A stretch of 63,942 bases of DNA, the filler included, from Reticulomyxa filosa (Eukaryota; Protista; Foraminifera): assembly GCA_000512085.1 (NCBI GenBank). It is 20 parts of 20 records of this genome, joined end to end, with 100 filler letters (N's around TTAATTAATTAA, not from the genome) between each part and the next. Parts side by side here need not be neighbours in the genome. Positions count along the whole stretch, not along the records: positions 25,755 to 29,738 come from ASPP01007735.1; positions 29,839 to 45,981 come from ASPP01027611.1; 18 more parts are not named here. One strand, given 5' to 3'. Of this stretch, positions 25,863 through 39,720 are shown piece after piece. Within the stretch, counting starts at the first letter, position 1, and every line of letters starts with the position of its first letter. The translations under genes and the position numbers were made by a program. Below the pieces are notes generated by a model. It ran no database searches and was not told the origin of the DNA. It saw only the letters and a list, made by a program, of their open reading frames with translations.

Positions 25863-26272
25863 GCTCACAACTGCAAAGTAGCTTTTGGATGAAAAAAGAA
25901 GGATCATTCATTGTGGAACTTCTGCCCTGCTGTGACGCTCCTGAAAACGTAAACAGTCTTGACAAACCCACAGTCATTGGACAAACTTATTGGGACTCAA
26001 AATTCAATTACGTCGGGCTCCGATTGCCCGATGACAGTCGTATCCCTCAAAACAATGTGGATGCCACTTGGGAGGATTTCGACTTTACGGTAGAGTGGAC
26101 GCAGTTGCGCTTTGTTATTGATTTTTTAATGGTCAAGGATGGTGGAATGTGCAACAAATTCCAATCTGCCAATCTTATTCAAATACCTTCAGACTTACAA
26201 CACTTTGCTATTTACAATGCATTTTGTCCTCAAACTCCAAAAGTCATTTGGCACTACACCAATCCAAAATAA
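25863..26272 (+). CDS. Last exon of a hypothetical protein
   Basis: Open, coding-like frame after an AAAAAAAAG acceptor. Confidence 0.5.
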
Positions 26273-26889
26273 AAACAACACATGCTTTTTTTAAATCTTC
26301 TCACGGCTGACTTCTCAAATAATATAAAAAGTTGTCTGCTCCCTAATTTTACATATTTTTTTCTTCTTTTCTCTTTCTGAGGATTTCCTTCAAATTCATA
26401 CCATTTATGCAGTGATCTTGTTCGTGTTTACGTTTCTCAATTCAAAATAGACTTTTTCAATATTTCATTTAATCCTTAAAAAGTGATGAGCCCCATCTTA
26501 AACATTGTTGGCACGTTTTATTGTTATTTTTCAATTAGATTATATAATTAAACTACATATTTTTGTGCATGCAACACATAAAACAAATTTCACTGCACTA
26601 ATGATTTCTTTATCAACCAATATTTGTCTGCCATTTTCTAATGTTATTGTATTTCTGCATTGTATCATTTGCAAAATTCAGAAAAGCAACTGACATCCAA
26701 AATAAATGCACATTTTTTGCAAAAAACTTGTTTGCTAATACAATACATTTTGCAAGAAGTAGTGCTAACATTAAAACTTCATTAAAGAAGCTGGTAAATT
26801 TTTACTCCCTTGACAGGACTGGGAAAATTAATATTAACATCAAATGCTCCTCGCACATAAATTTTTGAGACGATCACATCTTCCTGTTC

Positions 26890-28349
26890 ATGTTCTCAAA
26901 AAGCAAACCATTCAAGTTTTCAAGATCAGGCACTAAACTTGCCTGCGGCTTGCTGTGTTGGGTATTCGCAATGATAGTGATCCGCCAAGCACTAGCAAAT
27001 TACCATTTCGATCATCCTCAAGATTCGCAAGCTGTGCATGAACGTGAAGAATTACATAGTAAGCTGTTATCGAATCCAATTTCCAGCGCTCATTTACGAT
27101 ACTGCAATACGAATGGCACATATTTTGATACCAATTGGTCTTGTCCATCCAACCATTATTATTTGGAACAGTTGATAGTGATCAATCGTCATGGAACAAG
27201 AGAAAGTGTGAATACAGGAGCAGCAAACTGGAATGAACATTGCAAATCCAAGTTTGTTTGTTTTTTTTTGGAGTGCAAGATACAAAAGAAAAGAAAAAAT
27301 ATGTACATATACATATACATATATTATAAAAAGAGCAATAAAATCGAATGGCTTGGATTTACACGCAGCGAGCAGTTATCGCAAAGACAAGCAACACTTG
27401 TGTTTGACCAAGGCCGGCTTGGTGCAGGTGCGATCTGTCGCATCTCATGTGAAAAGATATTCGGCACTTTGCCACGGCGACTTTGTAAATGTGATCCAAG
27501 CGTCGCAAACGGCACTGCTGAGTTCATCTGCCAATCGTGCATTCGACACGGTCGCAGAGTTTGTCCAAGTGTTTTTAGGGAGCGGTATGTATCGCATTTC
27601 CATAGCCGAGCCTGCTGGGGACATCTTTCAACCTTGGCTGGTGTGCAGTCGCAGAAATGCAACCAATTTGATTGGATGGATCAACCACCAGTTATCCAAG
27701 GCCAAGTTATGGGAAGTTGAGTTAATAACCGAACCCCCTTTTTTTTTTTTTTTTTTTTTTTTGATAACGAAACGAGTCATTATAACAAATGAAACAGACA
27801 TTCTCTGTTGGACGTAAACATTTGTGTGACACGATTCAAACCAAATTGACATCGAAAGACTGTCTGGACTTGACAGAGAATGTGATGATGCCCATCTGCA
27901 ATGAAATGAATAACTTGACACTGGGTTTGGATTCGACGCAAATTGAAGCCATGTTTCAAATGTACGAAGAGTTTCACGAACATTTGTTTAAATCGCCAAA
28001 GGCAAGTATTACTGCCAAAAAACTTGTTGCCCCAATGCTTCACAAAATTCGTGAAATCATTGGGAAAAAACACGAGTTTAAATTGGTAATCATCGGTGCA
28101 CACGACTTCACTTTGGCCCATTTCTTTGCCAGCTTAAACATGGACAACTGGCATTGGCCTTTTCTTGCTTCCAATACTTTGATTGAGGTTTTACGAGATG
28201 TTCGAACCAATCAAATTTTTCTTCGCTTTTTACAGGATGGAAAAGTTTTGAGCGAAATGTCATTATTGCTTTTTGAAATGGCTACAAACTGGGCCATCCC
28301 TTTGCGAAGCTGGACTTGTCCGCAGCTCTATCGTGTTTCTAAAACTTAA
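26890..28349 (+). CDS. Histidine acid phosphatase (branch 2) with an N-terminal TM anchor
   Basis: RHGTRES catalytic motif, LTKAG, SS..NRAFDT, GAHD proton-donor motif and PFLASNTLIEV. Two introns. Confidence 0.9.
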
Positions 28350-28705
28350 ACTTACACTTACACTAAACGTAGCCGTCGTCAATCCTTTTATCTGTTGTTT
28401 TGGTGTCCAATTGGTTTCATTTTGTTCATACAACCACAATTTCAAATGTCTAATGAAAAAAATCATCACTGTGTGGAGAGAAAATCCAATGAAGCATCTA
28501 TTTAATCTTTTGAGTTGTAGATCCATTGTATCTTTTTATATTAATACATTTGTTTGTTAGCTTTTTGTTTTCTTTTATCCTGTGTCCCATTCTAATATTT
28601 TGTACAAGAAAGCAAGCCAGTTAGAATTGAATCTTAAAACACGTTCTGTTTCTTGTCTCAACTCAAGGAAGCACAAATATAAAAAAAAACTTGGTTGCAA
28701 GTTGG

Positions 28706-29640
28706 ATGCTCGAATCTGGCGATATAGAATGGATCTGCCAATTTTGTGGTACTGAGAATACCTCTAACCCGGACTCATTCATAGGTTTTACACCCTGTGT
28801 TAAGTGTAACAACCGGCCGTGGAGTGGGTTTTCAGTATCGCCAAATGAAGAATTGGAAAATGAGAAGCAATCAGTGAAAGTGTGTTCGTTTGAATACATC
28901 AAAGATGCGATTATTTGGAAAGAGCCAAAGTTTTGGCATAACAAACAAGGCCAAAAGAATGAGATAAGTTTGCTACCTTCGCATTTTGAAATCGTGTTAA
29001 TTTTGAAAGAATATCTAATATTCGAGTCGATTTTGCCAATAGCGGAATGTGTTGAATACGACACGGATGTAAATTACCTATTGTTAAATATCGCATTGTA
29101 TGCCTATACTCCGAACACACAATATTTATTGAACTGTCAAAGGTGTTTATACTATGTAATCCACCATAAATATCGAATAGAATTTGTGGAGGACGTTATG
29201 AAGGAAATTATTTCCTTCATCCCAAGTTGCTGTTGAAGTTTGTTGTTTTTTCACAAAAAGAACAAAAGAAAGAGAATGTGTGTGTGTGTGTGCTAACATT
29301 GTCGGGTTGTTTTGTGTTACGTCATAGCCATGTCATGGAATCGTTCAATCATTCGCGATCATTTTCAAAAGCAATTATCGTTTCATCATCAACAACAAAT
29401 GGTGACATTTACTAAGCCACAGAGCGATTATATTTGCATATGCTCCAGTATGCCAATCATTGGAGATCAAATGTTGGTCAATTTTTTATCCCTTCGAAAG
29501 GAGATGAAATGTGGCTGGGACTAGCACATCGTGATGTTTATGTGGAAAACACTTGTCTTGCTCGGAGTAAACGTACCATATTTTATTATGGAGCCAGAGA
29601 AAGTGGCATCAATTGTCAAGAGCGAAATCCATTTTCATTT
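28706..29640 (+). CDS. Hypothetical protein with a zinc-finger-like N-terminus and a possible SPRY-like C-terminal part (partial)
   Basis: WICQFCGTEN...CVKC, followed later by KGDEMWLGLA...IFYYG. Confidence 0.4.
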
Positions 29641-29971
29641 CCAAGTCTTTTTACTTTCTTTATTTTTATTTATTTATTTGTTTATTTGTTTATTTGTTTA
29701 TTTGGACATTGAACAAATTTCTTTATTTTTTTTTTTTTNNNNNNNNNNNNNNNNNNNNNNNNNNNNNNNNNNNNNNNNNNNNTTAATTAATTAANNNNNN
29801 NNNNNNNNNNNNNNNNNNNNNNNNNNNNNNNNNNNNNNGTGGAAGTTATCAAATGAAAATTGTATTTTTTTTTTTTATTATCATTTTTGTGAATGGACTA
29901 AAAAAAAAAAATTACAAAATAATATATCTGTATATTTATCTTTTTTTTTTAAAAAAAAAAAAAAAAAAAAA

Positions 29972-32900
29972 GAATTAACTGAATTCAAAAGTGGTGGCTT
30001 TTGGAAAATTGACAAAATTGTGAACCCAAATAATCGCAATCCTGCGCTGGAAGAAGATGAGGACCCCTCGCGGTATGTACGCACAAAGCCACCGACGATC
30101 AAGCCGGAAGGCTATTTCAAGCTAATGTCTCCTCACGACTTTGAGACGGAATTGACGCTGGAGTTTGCGCATATGCTGCGCGATTACATGAAAGATATCC
30201 TCAAAAAAAGAGAAAAGATTGCCAGCTATGCCAAGCAAAAAGAAAAGGCAATGGCCAGGATCGGCAAGTCCATGCAAGACGATATCCCGTCGGCCATCGG
30301 CGGCACGCCCACCGTCCCTGCTGCTCAAGACAACAAAGCCAAAGGTCTGACGCCCTTCCAACAGAAAAAGTTACAAAAACAAAACACTGTCGCTTCCATC
30401 GCCATGCCCACGACCGCGAATGATTCTTCGTCGGATATGTCTGGTCCCACTTCCAAAGCGAAAACACCCTCAACTACTTCCGCTACTGCTACTGCTACTG
30501 CTACTGCTGCTGCTGCCAAACGCAAGTCCATGTCCAATATCCCGCTTGACAGCGTTATCCCGCCCTCCAAAAATACAAAGGCCAATACCCCCAGAGCGAC
30601 GACCATGAACAAACAGCGACGGAGTGTCACCAACGTAAACGATGTTGAAAGTCTCCCCAATAACAATAGCAAGCCTGCAAAAGGCTTATCTTCCAAAAGT
30701 CATACTGTCATGGACGTGACAAACGTCGACAATGCAAAAAAAAAAGACAACAAAGAAAAAAGAATCCAGCCCAAAGGAAAAGTGGAAATGCCTTCCAAGC
30801 CTGTCCAAGGTAATTTAATTAATATCTCTTTTCCTTGTTGTACTAGTTTTTTTTTTTTTTTTTTTTTTGGTAAGCTAAAAAAGAGAATTTATTGCACATG
30901 CATATTAACATATACAAATATATATATTTATATATTTGTATACGTATGTGTGTCTATGAATGTAATATGCACATAATAATGCATGTGTGTGTGTGTGTGT
31001 GTATGTGTGTATTATGACAAATTGTGTTGTAACAAAGATTGGAGTATATCGGACGTACAAGAGTGGCTAATGCATATATCAACCCGAAGACCAAAATCGA
31101 AGAAAAAAAAAAAGAGGTGCCAATCGTTTCTTTTTACGAGGAATGCGGAGGACAGTTTGAAAAGCATCGCATTGACGGCCCCAAATTACTCTTGCAGACC
31201 CGAATGACATTGGCCAATGATTTGCTCGTCAAAAATCAACATCGGCCCATTTTGATGGAGTTTATTGACGAATTAAAAGAAGATACAAGCGGGGTATCTA
31301 TTTTATTGCAAATACTTTTTTTTTTTTTTTTTTTTTTTTTACGCATAACAAATACTATTTGATTTTGAATTCGAAAATGAAAATGTTGTAAAATATATCA
31401 TATATTTTTATTTTTTTTTTTTTTAGGAGAATGCGCAAAAAAGAAAATCAATCAGTCGTGGGCCAGACAATGCAGGCCTTGGTGTATCGGAGGCAAGCTC
31501 TCCCGCTCCAAGTCGAACTAGTCCAGCAGCAAGTGCGTCAGCATCTCCCAACGTGGATTCGCAACAGGAATTTTTTGCGGAGGAGAAAGAAAAGGAACGA
31601 GAGACATGGCTGATCGAGAGGCAAAAGATCGAAGAAGAAAAACAAAAGTTGGCGCAAGAAAAGAGAAGAATGTCCGAAGCGCAGATCGATCAAGAATTGA
31701 TCGATCGTGCAAAGGAAAAGTTGGAAGAGGAAAAACTTCAATTCGAACAAGAGAAAATCGAAACCGCAAAACAGCGTTTGGAAATTGAAAAGGAAAGAGT
31801 TGAATTTCAGTCGATCCAACAAGAGCGAAAAGAACTCGAAGCCCTGAGGTCTGGTGTGTGTATACGTACATATACGTATAAATATATATTTATGTATATG
31901 TATGTGTGTTGCTTTGTCTTTCTCTCGAAATTGTTCGTGTCCAATTTGCACATTACACTCCATGGCATCTGTGTGTCGTTGAATGTATGCAGAAAAACGC
32001 TCACTGTTGAAAGGGAAAATTTCCAAAGGCTGTCGAAAGAATTAACGGAACAACAAGCAACGACTTTGGCCCAAGAGCGAAAAAATGGGAAGACCAAAGG
32101 TATTCTTCCTTTTTTTTTTTTTTGCTGTGTGATAATACGTCTTGGACATGGGACACAACATTCAAAAATCACAGAGAAAAAGAGCGACAATTGGTAGAGA
32201 AGGAATTGACTCACATTGCAGAATTGAGAGCTCTACTCGCCAAGGAAAGACGAGAAGTTGAATTGCAGAGACAATCACTTCAAGAAGAAACACAACACAA
32301 AAAAGATCAAGACGATGTTTCACCTCTAAGGTTTATTGTATATACATATATATGTATATGTATGTGTATATATGTATGTGTATATGTAATAAATAATTAA
32401 AAGATTTGATTCGAAAAAGATTTGTTTAATCTCAACACATATGTGCAATAGCCAAGAAAATACAGAGAGTGATGCACGCCACACGTCAAGGACGCGAGAG
32501 CCGAGAAAGCATGCTGCGCCTACGTCAACTGCACAGACGACGGAGGAACCCAGCCAAAACACGACAAAGCCTTTGGCGCTGATAAAAGGTGATGCCGATG
32601 ACGAGGAGCACCAGCAGAGATTGGACACGTTGGAGGAAGAAAGAAAGCAATTGGAGGAAGACACAAAGCAACTTCAGAATTTGCGCGTTGAGCTGGAAAA
32701 AGAGAGAGCACGCAGTTCATCGAGATCGCGAACAGCAAATCGAAAGAGTCCTCGCAATGATTTGAGCTCCAACGAAGTTACTGTGGCAACCACTTTACAG
32801 ACGCAAACACAAACGCAAACACCATTGCAAATAGCAGAGCCATTGGACGTATCCTCACCTCATGAACATGAGCTTGGAAAAGATGAAATAGAGCCACGCT

Positions 32901-33361
32901 TTTCGCGCGGTCAAAAGAGTCCTAGTCAACCACTCCCCGTTCTTGCGCCGGCAAAACCCTTGGCTGCCGTAAGCACTCCTTCCAAACACCAAGACACTCC
33001 AACCGAAGCGAGAAAGTACTCGATCCAATTCTGCTGCCAGGCGTTGTGGAGTGGCCAAACACCGTCCACCCAAGTCGATGTTGATGAACTTGGAGGCCAA
33101 TTGGCTCAACTGTGGAGTGGAAAAGGAGAGGTGCAAAATGTCATTGCAAAACCTTTGAAAAAAGAAAATGGGGTGGAATTGAAGTTTGATGTCCTTGTCT
33201 CTGTTCGCACTGATCAAGGGGAACATCCCAAAGATTTCATTAGCCAGTTTGAAGGGCTGTTGACGGATGGCACTTTTGCAGAATCAGTCGCTACTGGGGT
33301 CAATACCAATGACAAAGTCTTTATTAAGTCTTGGGAAGCTACCTATTCTACTGTTCGTTGA
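29972..33361 (+). CDS. Multi-exon protein with a SAM domain and a long coiled coil (5' partial)
   Basis: WSISDVQEWL...FEKHRIDGPKLLL...LMEFIDELK SAM pattern at ~31040-31280. E/K/Q/R-rich heptad region at 31550-32700. Confidence 0.7.
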
Positions 33362-33930
33362 AACTTTTTTGGGGTCGAAAATATCCTCCCTTCCCTTCTA
33401 CAACTTTCTCCATCGTGTATTCGATTTTCACAGATTTTCAAAATTGAAAACACGATGTGTGTGCATGCATTCTTTTTTTTTTTTTGCACTGCATTTTGTC
33501 AAACCCTTCCTACATAAAAAAAATCCTTTGTTGTGATTCCTTTATTTCTTCTGATGGACGAAGTTAGCATTTCAGTTTATAAGTATTTTTTATCAGAAGA
33601 TTTCTTTTGTTGTTTTTACAATTTACTCAATGATTAAATCTTTTTTCTTCAACTGTGTTCAAAACTTAACTGCACACAAGAAATTGCAATTTGAATCTTT
33701 GTCTTGTTATTTTAACTGAAAATTTTTCTAAAAGTTTGTATCTATGAAACTAAATCTCTTGAAGACTGCTTTGTAGTTCCGAACATTGGCTCAAGGCACT
33801 GATCTCTAAACCCGATGTTTGTCCTTTTTTAAAAGTTGTAATGTACTGTTTCAAAAAAGGGGAAAAATAAAAAAAAAATTGGCAAATTGTCATTTGTATA
33901 TTTTGCTGTGACAATTAACAAACAAAAGTG

Positions 33931-35231
33931 ATGTCAGACCCTTTGCGTCAATGGATGAAAGAGGAAGGGGTATGGCAGTTGGACTTGTACAATATGCTTT
34001 CTAATATGGACATTGTAACAAAAGAGGACTTGCGAAAACTGCCAGAAAAGAGGTTCAACGAAGTTGTAAAAGAGGCAAAAACGACAGGATTTATGCATGC
34101 AGCGGAACTACGAGCAATTTACAAAAATGAGCCAATTTCAAAAAAAGAAGCGAGTCCAGTCCAAAAAAGCAAAACTCCAAAGGAAAACAAAAGTGAAGTA
34201 ACAAAAAATCTTAAGAGAGTAGGGGGGGGGGGAGGGGCTCTACCGACTTATTTACAATCACCAAAAAAAAAAAAAGATGCAAATAAGGTGGACATCCGTG
34301 AAGATGAAAAAGAAGCGAATAACCGTGATATGATGAAGCGATGGATGGAAAAACACCAAATCTGGCAAAAGTCATTGTATGACGTGTTTGTGAAATACAA
34401 TGTGAGTACTCCGAAGGACCTGGTGAAAATGGATGAGTCATCATTTAACGATTTGTTGCGAGATGCAAAGCAGAATGGTTTGATGGGTGAAAAAATTGAC
34501 CGGCTGATCGGAGTGAGGAAAAACAAGTCGTTGGAGGAAATTGAGGCGTCATTGGAACAAAAGAATAAAGTCACTACGAAAAAGGCACCGTCGAAAACAC
34601 ATTCCAATGCAAATAATCATGGAGACGATAGCGATATAACGATGAAAAAACAAAACGCACCGAACATCGCACTATTGAAACTGCACGCGCGAATTTGAAG
34701 CCCTGGTTGGAAGAGCACGAGATTTGGCAAAAGTCATTGCTGGATGTATTTGTCGAGTTCGATTGCTACAGTGTTAATGATTTCAAAGCATTAGATGAAG
34801 ACACTTTTGAACAGTTTATGGTCAAAACCAAACACGTCGGGCTCATGGGAAATAAACCTCAGACTTTGAGGGATTTATATTTGGGAAAGTCGTCTAATAA
34901 CAATCAGAATAAGAATAATAATGCTTCTCACAACAAAAATAAACCTTTGACTCCTCATGCCGAAACCACAAAGTCAGCTCCCAAAAAAAGTAGGGAAGAA
35001 GAACTTTCAGAAGTTAGGGGCCAACTGGAACCCTGGATGCGCAAGAAAGGGTTTTGGCAAAAAGATTTGTTTGAAGCCTTGTTTGATAAAAACGTTCGAC
35101 GCCCAAGCGACTTGAAAAATTTGAGTCGTGAGGATATCACTGAACTTTTACACACTTGTAAACTAAAAGGATTCATCGGAAAGGGCCCGGTTACTCTTGA
35201 GGAAACTTGGAAGCAACAAACTCAAAAATAA
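33931..35231 (+). CDS. Protein with four SAM-like repeats; one frameshift near 34650
   Basis: Four copies of L/M..W(M/L)....WQ..L...(F/L)........D(L/F)..L....F..L....K..G(F/L)(M/I)G. Confidence 0.75.
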
Positions 35232-35589
35232 CACTCTTCTTCTTGCATATCCTCTCTCCCCACTCTGCATTGTCTTGTATCACCTCACTTTGCGCTATAC
35301 AAATTAAAAACAAATATCACTAATTGTCGTATATTGGAATATAAGTGTATACCCCTCCTGGACATACTTTAGTTCAATTCATTTATGATATCTTTTTTGA
35401 CACTCTTTAAAAGTGTGAAAAATGTTGAAATGTCTTTTATGTCTTGTAAATGAGGTCCATGTTCGCTCAACGTGTAAAACGAAAAAAAAAAAAAAACTAT
35501 TGTCTAAGCAACAATACAAGACTCAGAATTTAAATTTGCACTTTTCTTCTTTAACAGAATTTGCCTTTAAATTCTAAGTGTAAAACAAC

Positions 35590-38500
35590 ATGGAGAAGAA
35601 CTGGTCTGCGCTTTCATTTTCATGTGTTCTTTGGGCAGTTCTCAGCTGGCTTGTTTTACTTCCTTTCGCGTTTAAGGAAATGATACTTTACTGGAGGCAA
35701 CGAAACGACGCATTTGTCCAAGGGCGTATACCGGAGCTGATGCTTCCAATATTAATCACCGTTTTGATTTTCAACTCAAGTTTGGATAGTGTGTTTATTT
35801 TCAAGTGGTCTCTGTAGGGTCCATCTAAGTTTAAGGTACAATTTTGTTGGCATTGTGTCTTGGACGGTATGTTCTCAAGTTGTACTCGCCGGGAGCTGTG
35901 TGGCAGAGGCATTTTCAAACGCGAAAGAGATCATAATAGTTTTTGGTAGTCTCGAATCGGTGTGTGTAACGACAATCGAGTTTTTGTTACTGCTTCGTTG
36001 TTGGCACATTATCAGTAAATCGCAATATTTAAAGCATCAAGCAAACAGACTGTGGCTAACCGAATACACAGATGTGGAAGTTGTTCCATTTTTAATTGAA
36101 CATTACGAGTTCCTTGGGGACATTAAAATTACCATTCGGATCGTAACATTTGTTGTCACCTTGACAACATTGTTGTGCATGTTAAGTGCACCTACATACA
36201 AAATATAAGAACAAATAAATATACACAAAAAGTATAAATGATACATACATATATACGTACGTATATATCTCACACGGGAAAATGCACACCCGAAAAGTAT
36301 ATTGCAACGTTTTTTTTTTTTTTTTTTATTATTATTATTATTTTTTATTAATTGGCAGAGTGCTGGATGTGGTAAACCCATTTTATTCTCGGTTGATATT
36401 GCTGATAATCGAAATAGTATGCGTACTTGGTTTGTGTTTTTCGATTATCAAAATCTCTGGAATTGGCGATTTGATCTATATTCGAGAAGAAATATTTTTG
36501 GACATTATCTGTATCGCCATTGCGGTTGTTATACGGGGTGTGGCACTATTCGTTGTCGACGTGAATCGAATCGACTCAATTCAATCCCTGGTGAGCCACA
36601 TGCTTTTAGCACTTCCCTACTACGGTTTATTTTTTGTTAGTACGAGATGGGTACTACACCAAAGGACCGTTATGAGTCAAACCGTGATTATTATGCCAGA
36701 GTATCCACCCGCAAAGCTCATAAAGATTCATCCGCTGTGATCGTGTCGCCACCTATTCTCCCTTCGCTGATGCAACGAGCCGCATTAGTGACAATAGTGC
36801 TAACAATAGTAGCAATAATAGCAGTGATAACAATAGTAGCAATAATAGTAATAATAACAGTAGCAGTAATAATAGTAACAGCAACAGCAACAATAACAAG
36901 GACTCGGATAAAAATGATCCACATACTGCCTTGAATGCATCCAAGAGGGTGTCCAATATTAATTTTTTGAGATTGTCTTTCAAGCCACATGAAATCAAGT
37001 ATACCAATGATCTCGGATTGCTTGACGTACTTCAGGACTCACACGTGTTTAAATCTTTTATGGAACATCTGCTTAGGTTATTTTTTTATACGTATACATA
37101 CAAATGCATCTATGTTTTAATTGAGATATATTCGTTTGATGTTCTGACAGTGAATGTTCTGCGGAAAATCTGCTCTTCGTTGTGGAATGTTGGCAGGTCT
37201 GTATATATTATAAATATTTGTGACGTCTCTTTTTTTTTTTTTTTTTGCAAAGTATAAAAAGCAATTGTTTTTTTTTTTTTTTTACATAATCGAAACTAAT
37301 AGTTGCAATGGAGTATCGCGATGAACTAGTTTTGGAATTGTCTTTGTTAACATATATTTTAAAACATTTGATAATATGTTTAAATACATACATGTACATA
37401 CAAATACATGTACATACAAATACATGTATTATTGAACGTATGTTTGCGATTGTGATTGTTGAACGTTGCAAAGTTCGGAGATAAAAGAGCAAATGAGACT
37501 AAACTATCTTCCAGAAAATTTGCCTCCCTCACGTATAATGCAACAATATCCAGTCGTTGGGTTACGTTATTTGGCAGTGTTTGAGAAATACATCGATGAT
37601 GGGTTTTATTGCAATGCTCCAGCGCAAATCAACATTAGCTGGACAAAGCGAAGTGTTTGTCGGCAAGTGTATGTACACGTGTGCAAACAACTGGGTATTA
37701 CGTTGAATGATTTTGACACTGACGATATCGTTGAGCCGTCGGTAATCCGTGGCCGAGTCGAGTCGGAAAACGCGCCAAACCGTTCCGCTGGAAACGCAAG
37801 TGTTTTCGAATATTCCGATTTCCAAAGACGCTATTCGATTACCCCAAACCCAAGTTTTGGTCCCGAAGACGAGCATATTTCACAAAAGCCAAGTGAACTT
37901 GTCTATCACCGAAATAATCAAGGCATTACCAATAAGTTCTTTTGTTGTGTGTGTGTGTATACGTCATTTAAATGTTTTTTTTAAAAAAAAAAAAAACATC
38001 ACAATAAAAAAAAAAAAAAAAAGTATGGTAACCGAACAATCTTCCCTAAAACGCAATGCCAACAATAGTCCTGTTGTTAGCGAAATACATTACGAGAAGA
38101 AAGAGAAAGACGAAACGGTTGCAGATATTCGACAAGGCAACATTGAGACGAATTTGAGTTTGCAGATGCAAGCAGATGACGTGGCAGCAAATGCAGAAAA
38201 CGTGCATGGATGGGGACAAGAGAAAACGGCTCCTCGATCGAATCCTCAGAAATGGAAGAATTCCGTACATTTGAAAGTGCCCACTTCACTAGCGAAGCTG
38301 CACTCCATTACCGAAGCTTCCAAGTCTTCGTACGGCAGACATACTAGTGTAGACACGAGTGTGGCCAGCGGGCAGTCGATCGAATCCAAAAACAGTCCCA
38401 CCCTCCGAGCTGTGCCGGCGCCGGAACACTGCATATCCCTTGAGACCAATATACATGCAGCAGCAATAATACAAGAAGCAGAAGAAAACAAAATTTCTGT

Positions 38501-39064
38501 CGACGAGCACAAAAAGCCTCGTCTCGGTTTCCTTGCGATCCGCATCGAACCCAGCCTACTTCAACAAAAACATTCAAGGCCAAGTTTTGAGAAACCGGCG
38601 CAAATGAGTAGCAATGGAGTCACAAAGAAAAAAAAGCCCCATTTGTCTTTGGACAATCAAAAGTCCCAAACCAGCAACACAATCACGTCACGGACCAAGT
38701 CTGTGTTCTTAATGGGCAAACACATGGTGGTCAAGCCTTCACAAAAGGCAATGAGTGACCATTTCATGAGTGACAAGTATAAAAAGGAGGAACTGCCTTT
38801 ATCACTGGTCATGGCCATCGCCGATGCTTTGGAACAAACGTTGGCTGACGTCTATGAAAATCTGACCGATCCGTTCTCTCGCTTTCAAAAAACAAAGGCT
38901 TGTCTTTGTGACTCTGTGTCCGTGCAGTGTACCAAACCACTCTTGTGTTTCCTTTTTTTAACACTTTTCGCACAATTATATAACTACAAACTTTTTTTTT
39001 TTTTTTTGTTGAACCCAATTTCGAATAGGCATTCATCAAGTGGGCTGAAGCATCACAACAGTGA
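35590..39064 (+). CDS. Multi-TM (7TM-like) RGS protein with a long insertion in the RGS domain
   Basis: About seven hydrophobic segments, then LLDVL....FKSFMEHLL|SECSAENLLFVVECWQ, FEKYI.....APAQINIS and VYENLTDPFSRFQKT, which are RGS motifs. Confidence 0.85.
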
Positions 39065-39720
39065 TCTTTTAGTCGTGTTTTTTCTTTGCTTTCTTTTTTT
39101 TTTTTTTTTCTTTGTTTTTACAACAGTGATTCTATGTAAACGATTTGAATAATGAAAACAGCATACATACTACCGGAGCACGTTCATTTCTTTTTGTTTG
39201 TTTTGTATCGACTCGATTTGTTTATTTTATTGGATGAAAATATCGGGAGGAAAAAAAAATTTTGTTTTGTTTTTAGACCAAGATTTATGTGTTCGATATA
39301 ACTTGGTACCTGATAAATATTTTTATTTTTATTCATTTCATTGTTGTTTATTATGACAGCTGTTTTGAACGTCAATTCGTGTTCTTTTTGGTTTTTTTTG
39401 TTGTGTTTTTTTCTTTGTCTTTTTGTACATTTTTTGTTGTTTTTTTATTTTTTGTATTTTTGAGTAGTACTCCCCTTGCTTTGGTTGTTGTGTTGCAATG
39501 GTTCGCTGATGAACGTTGTTGGTAAAAGTTTGAAATATGTACACACTGTTGTGCCAACTTGCAATCAATCCTAAACATGTGTTGTTCTGTGATGCGAATT
39601 CTTTCGGGAGAGACAAACTTGTTGTAGCCTATTATTTTTTTGCCAAGAATAAGAGTAAATCAGAAAACAATAAAAGCTAGTATTTTGAAGTAGTTCGCAA
39701 ATAAAAGAGGAGCGTTTGAG

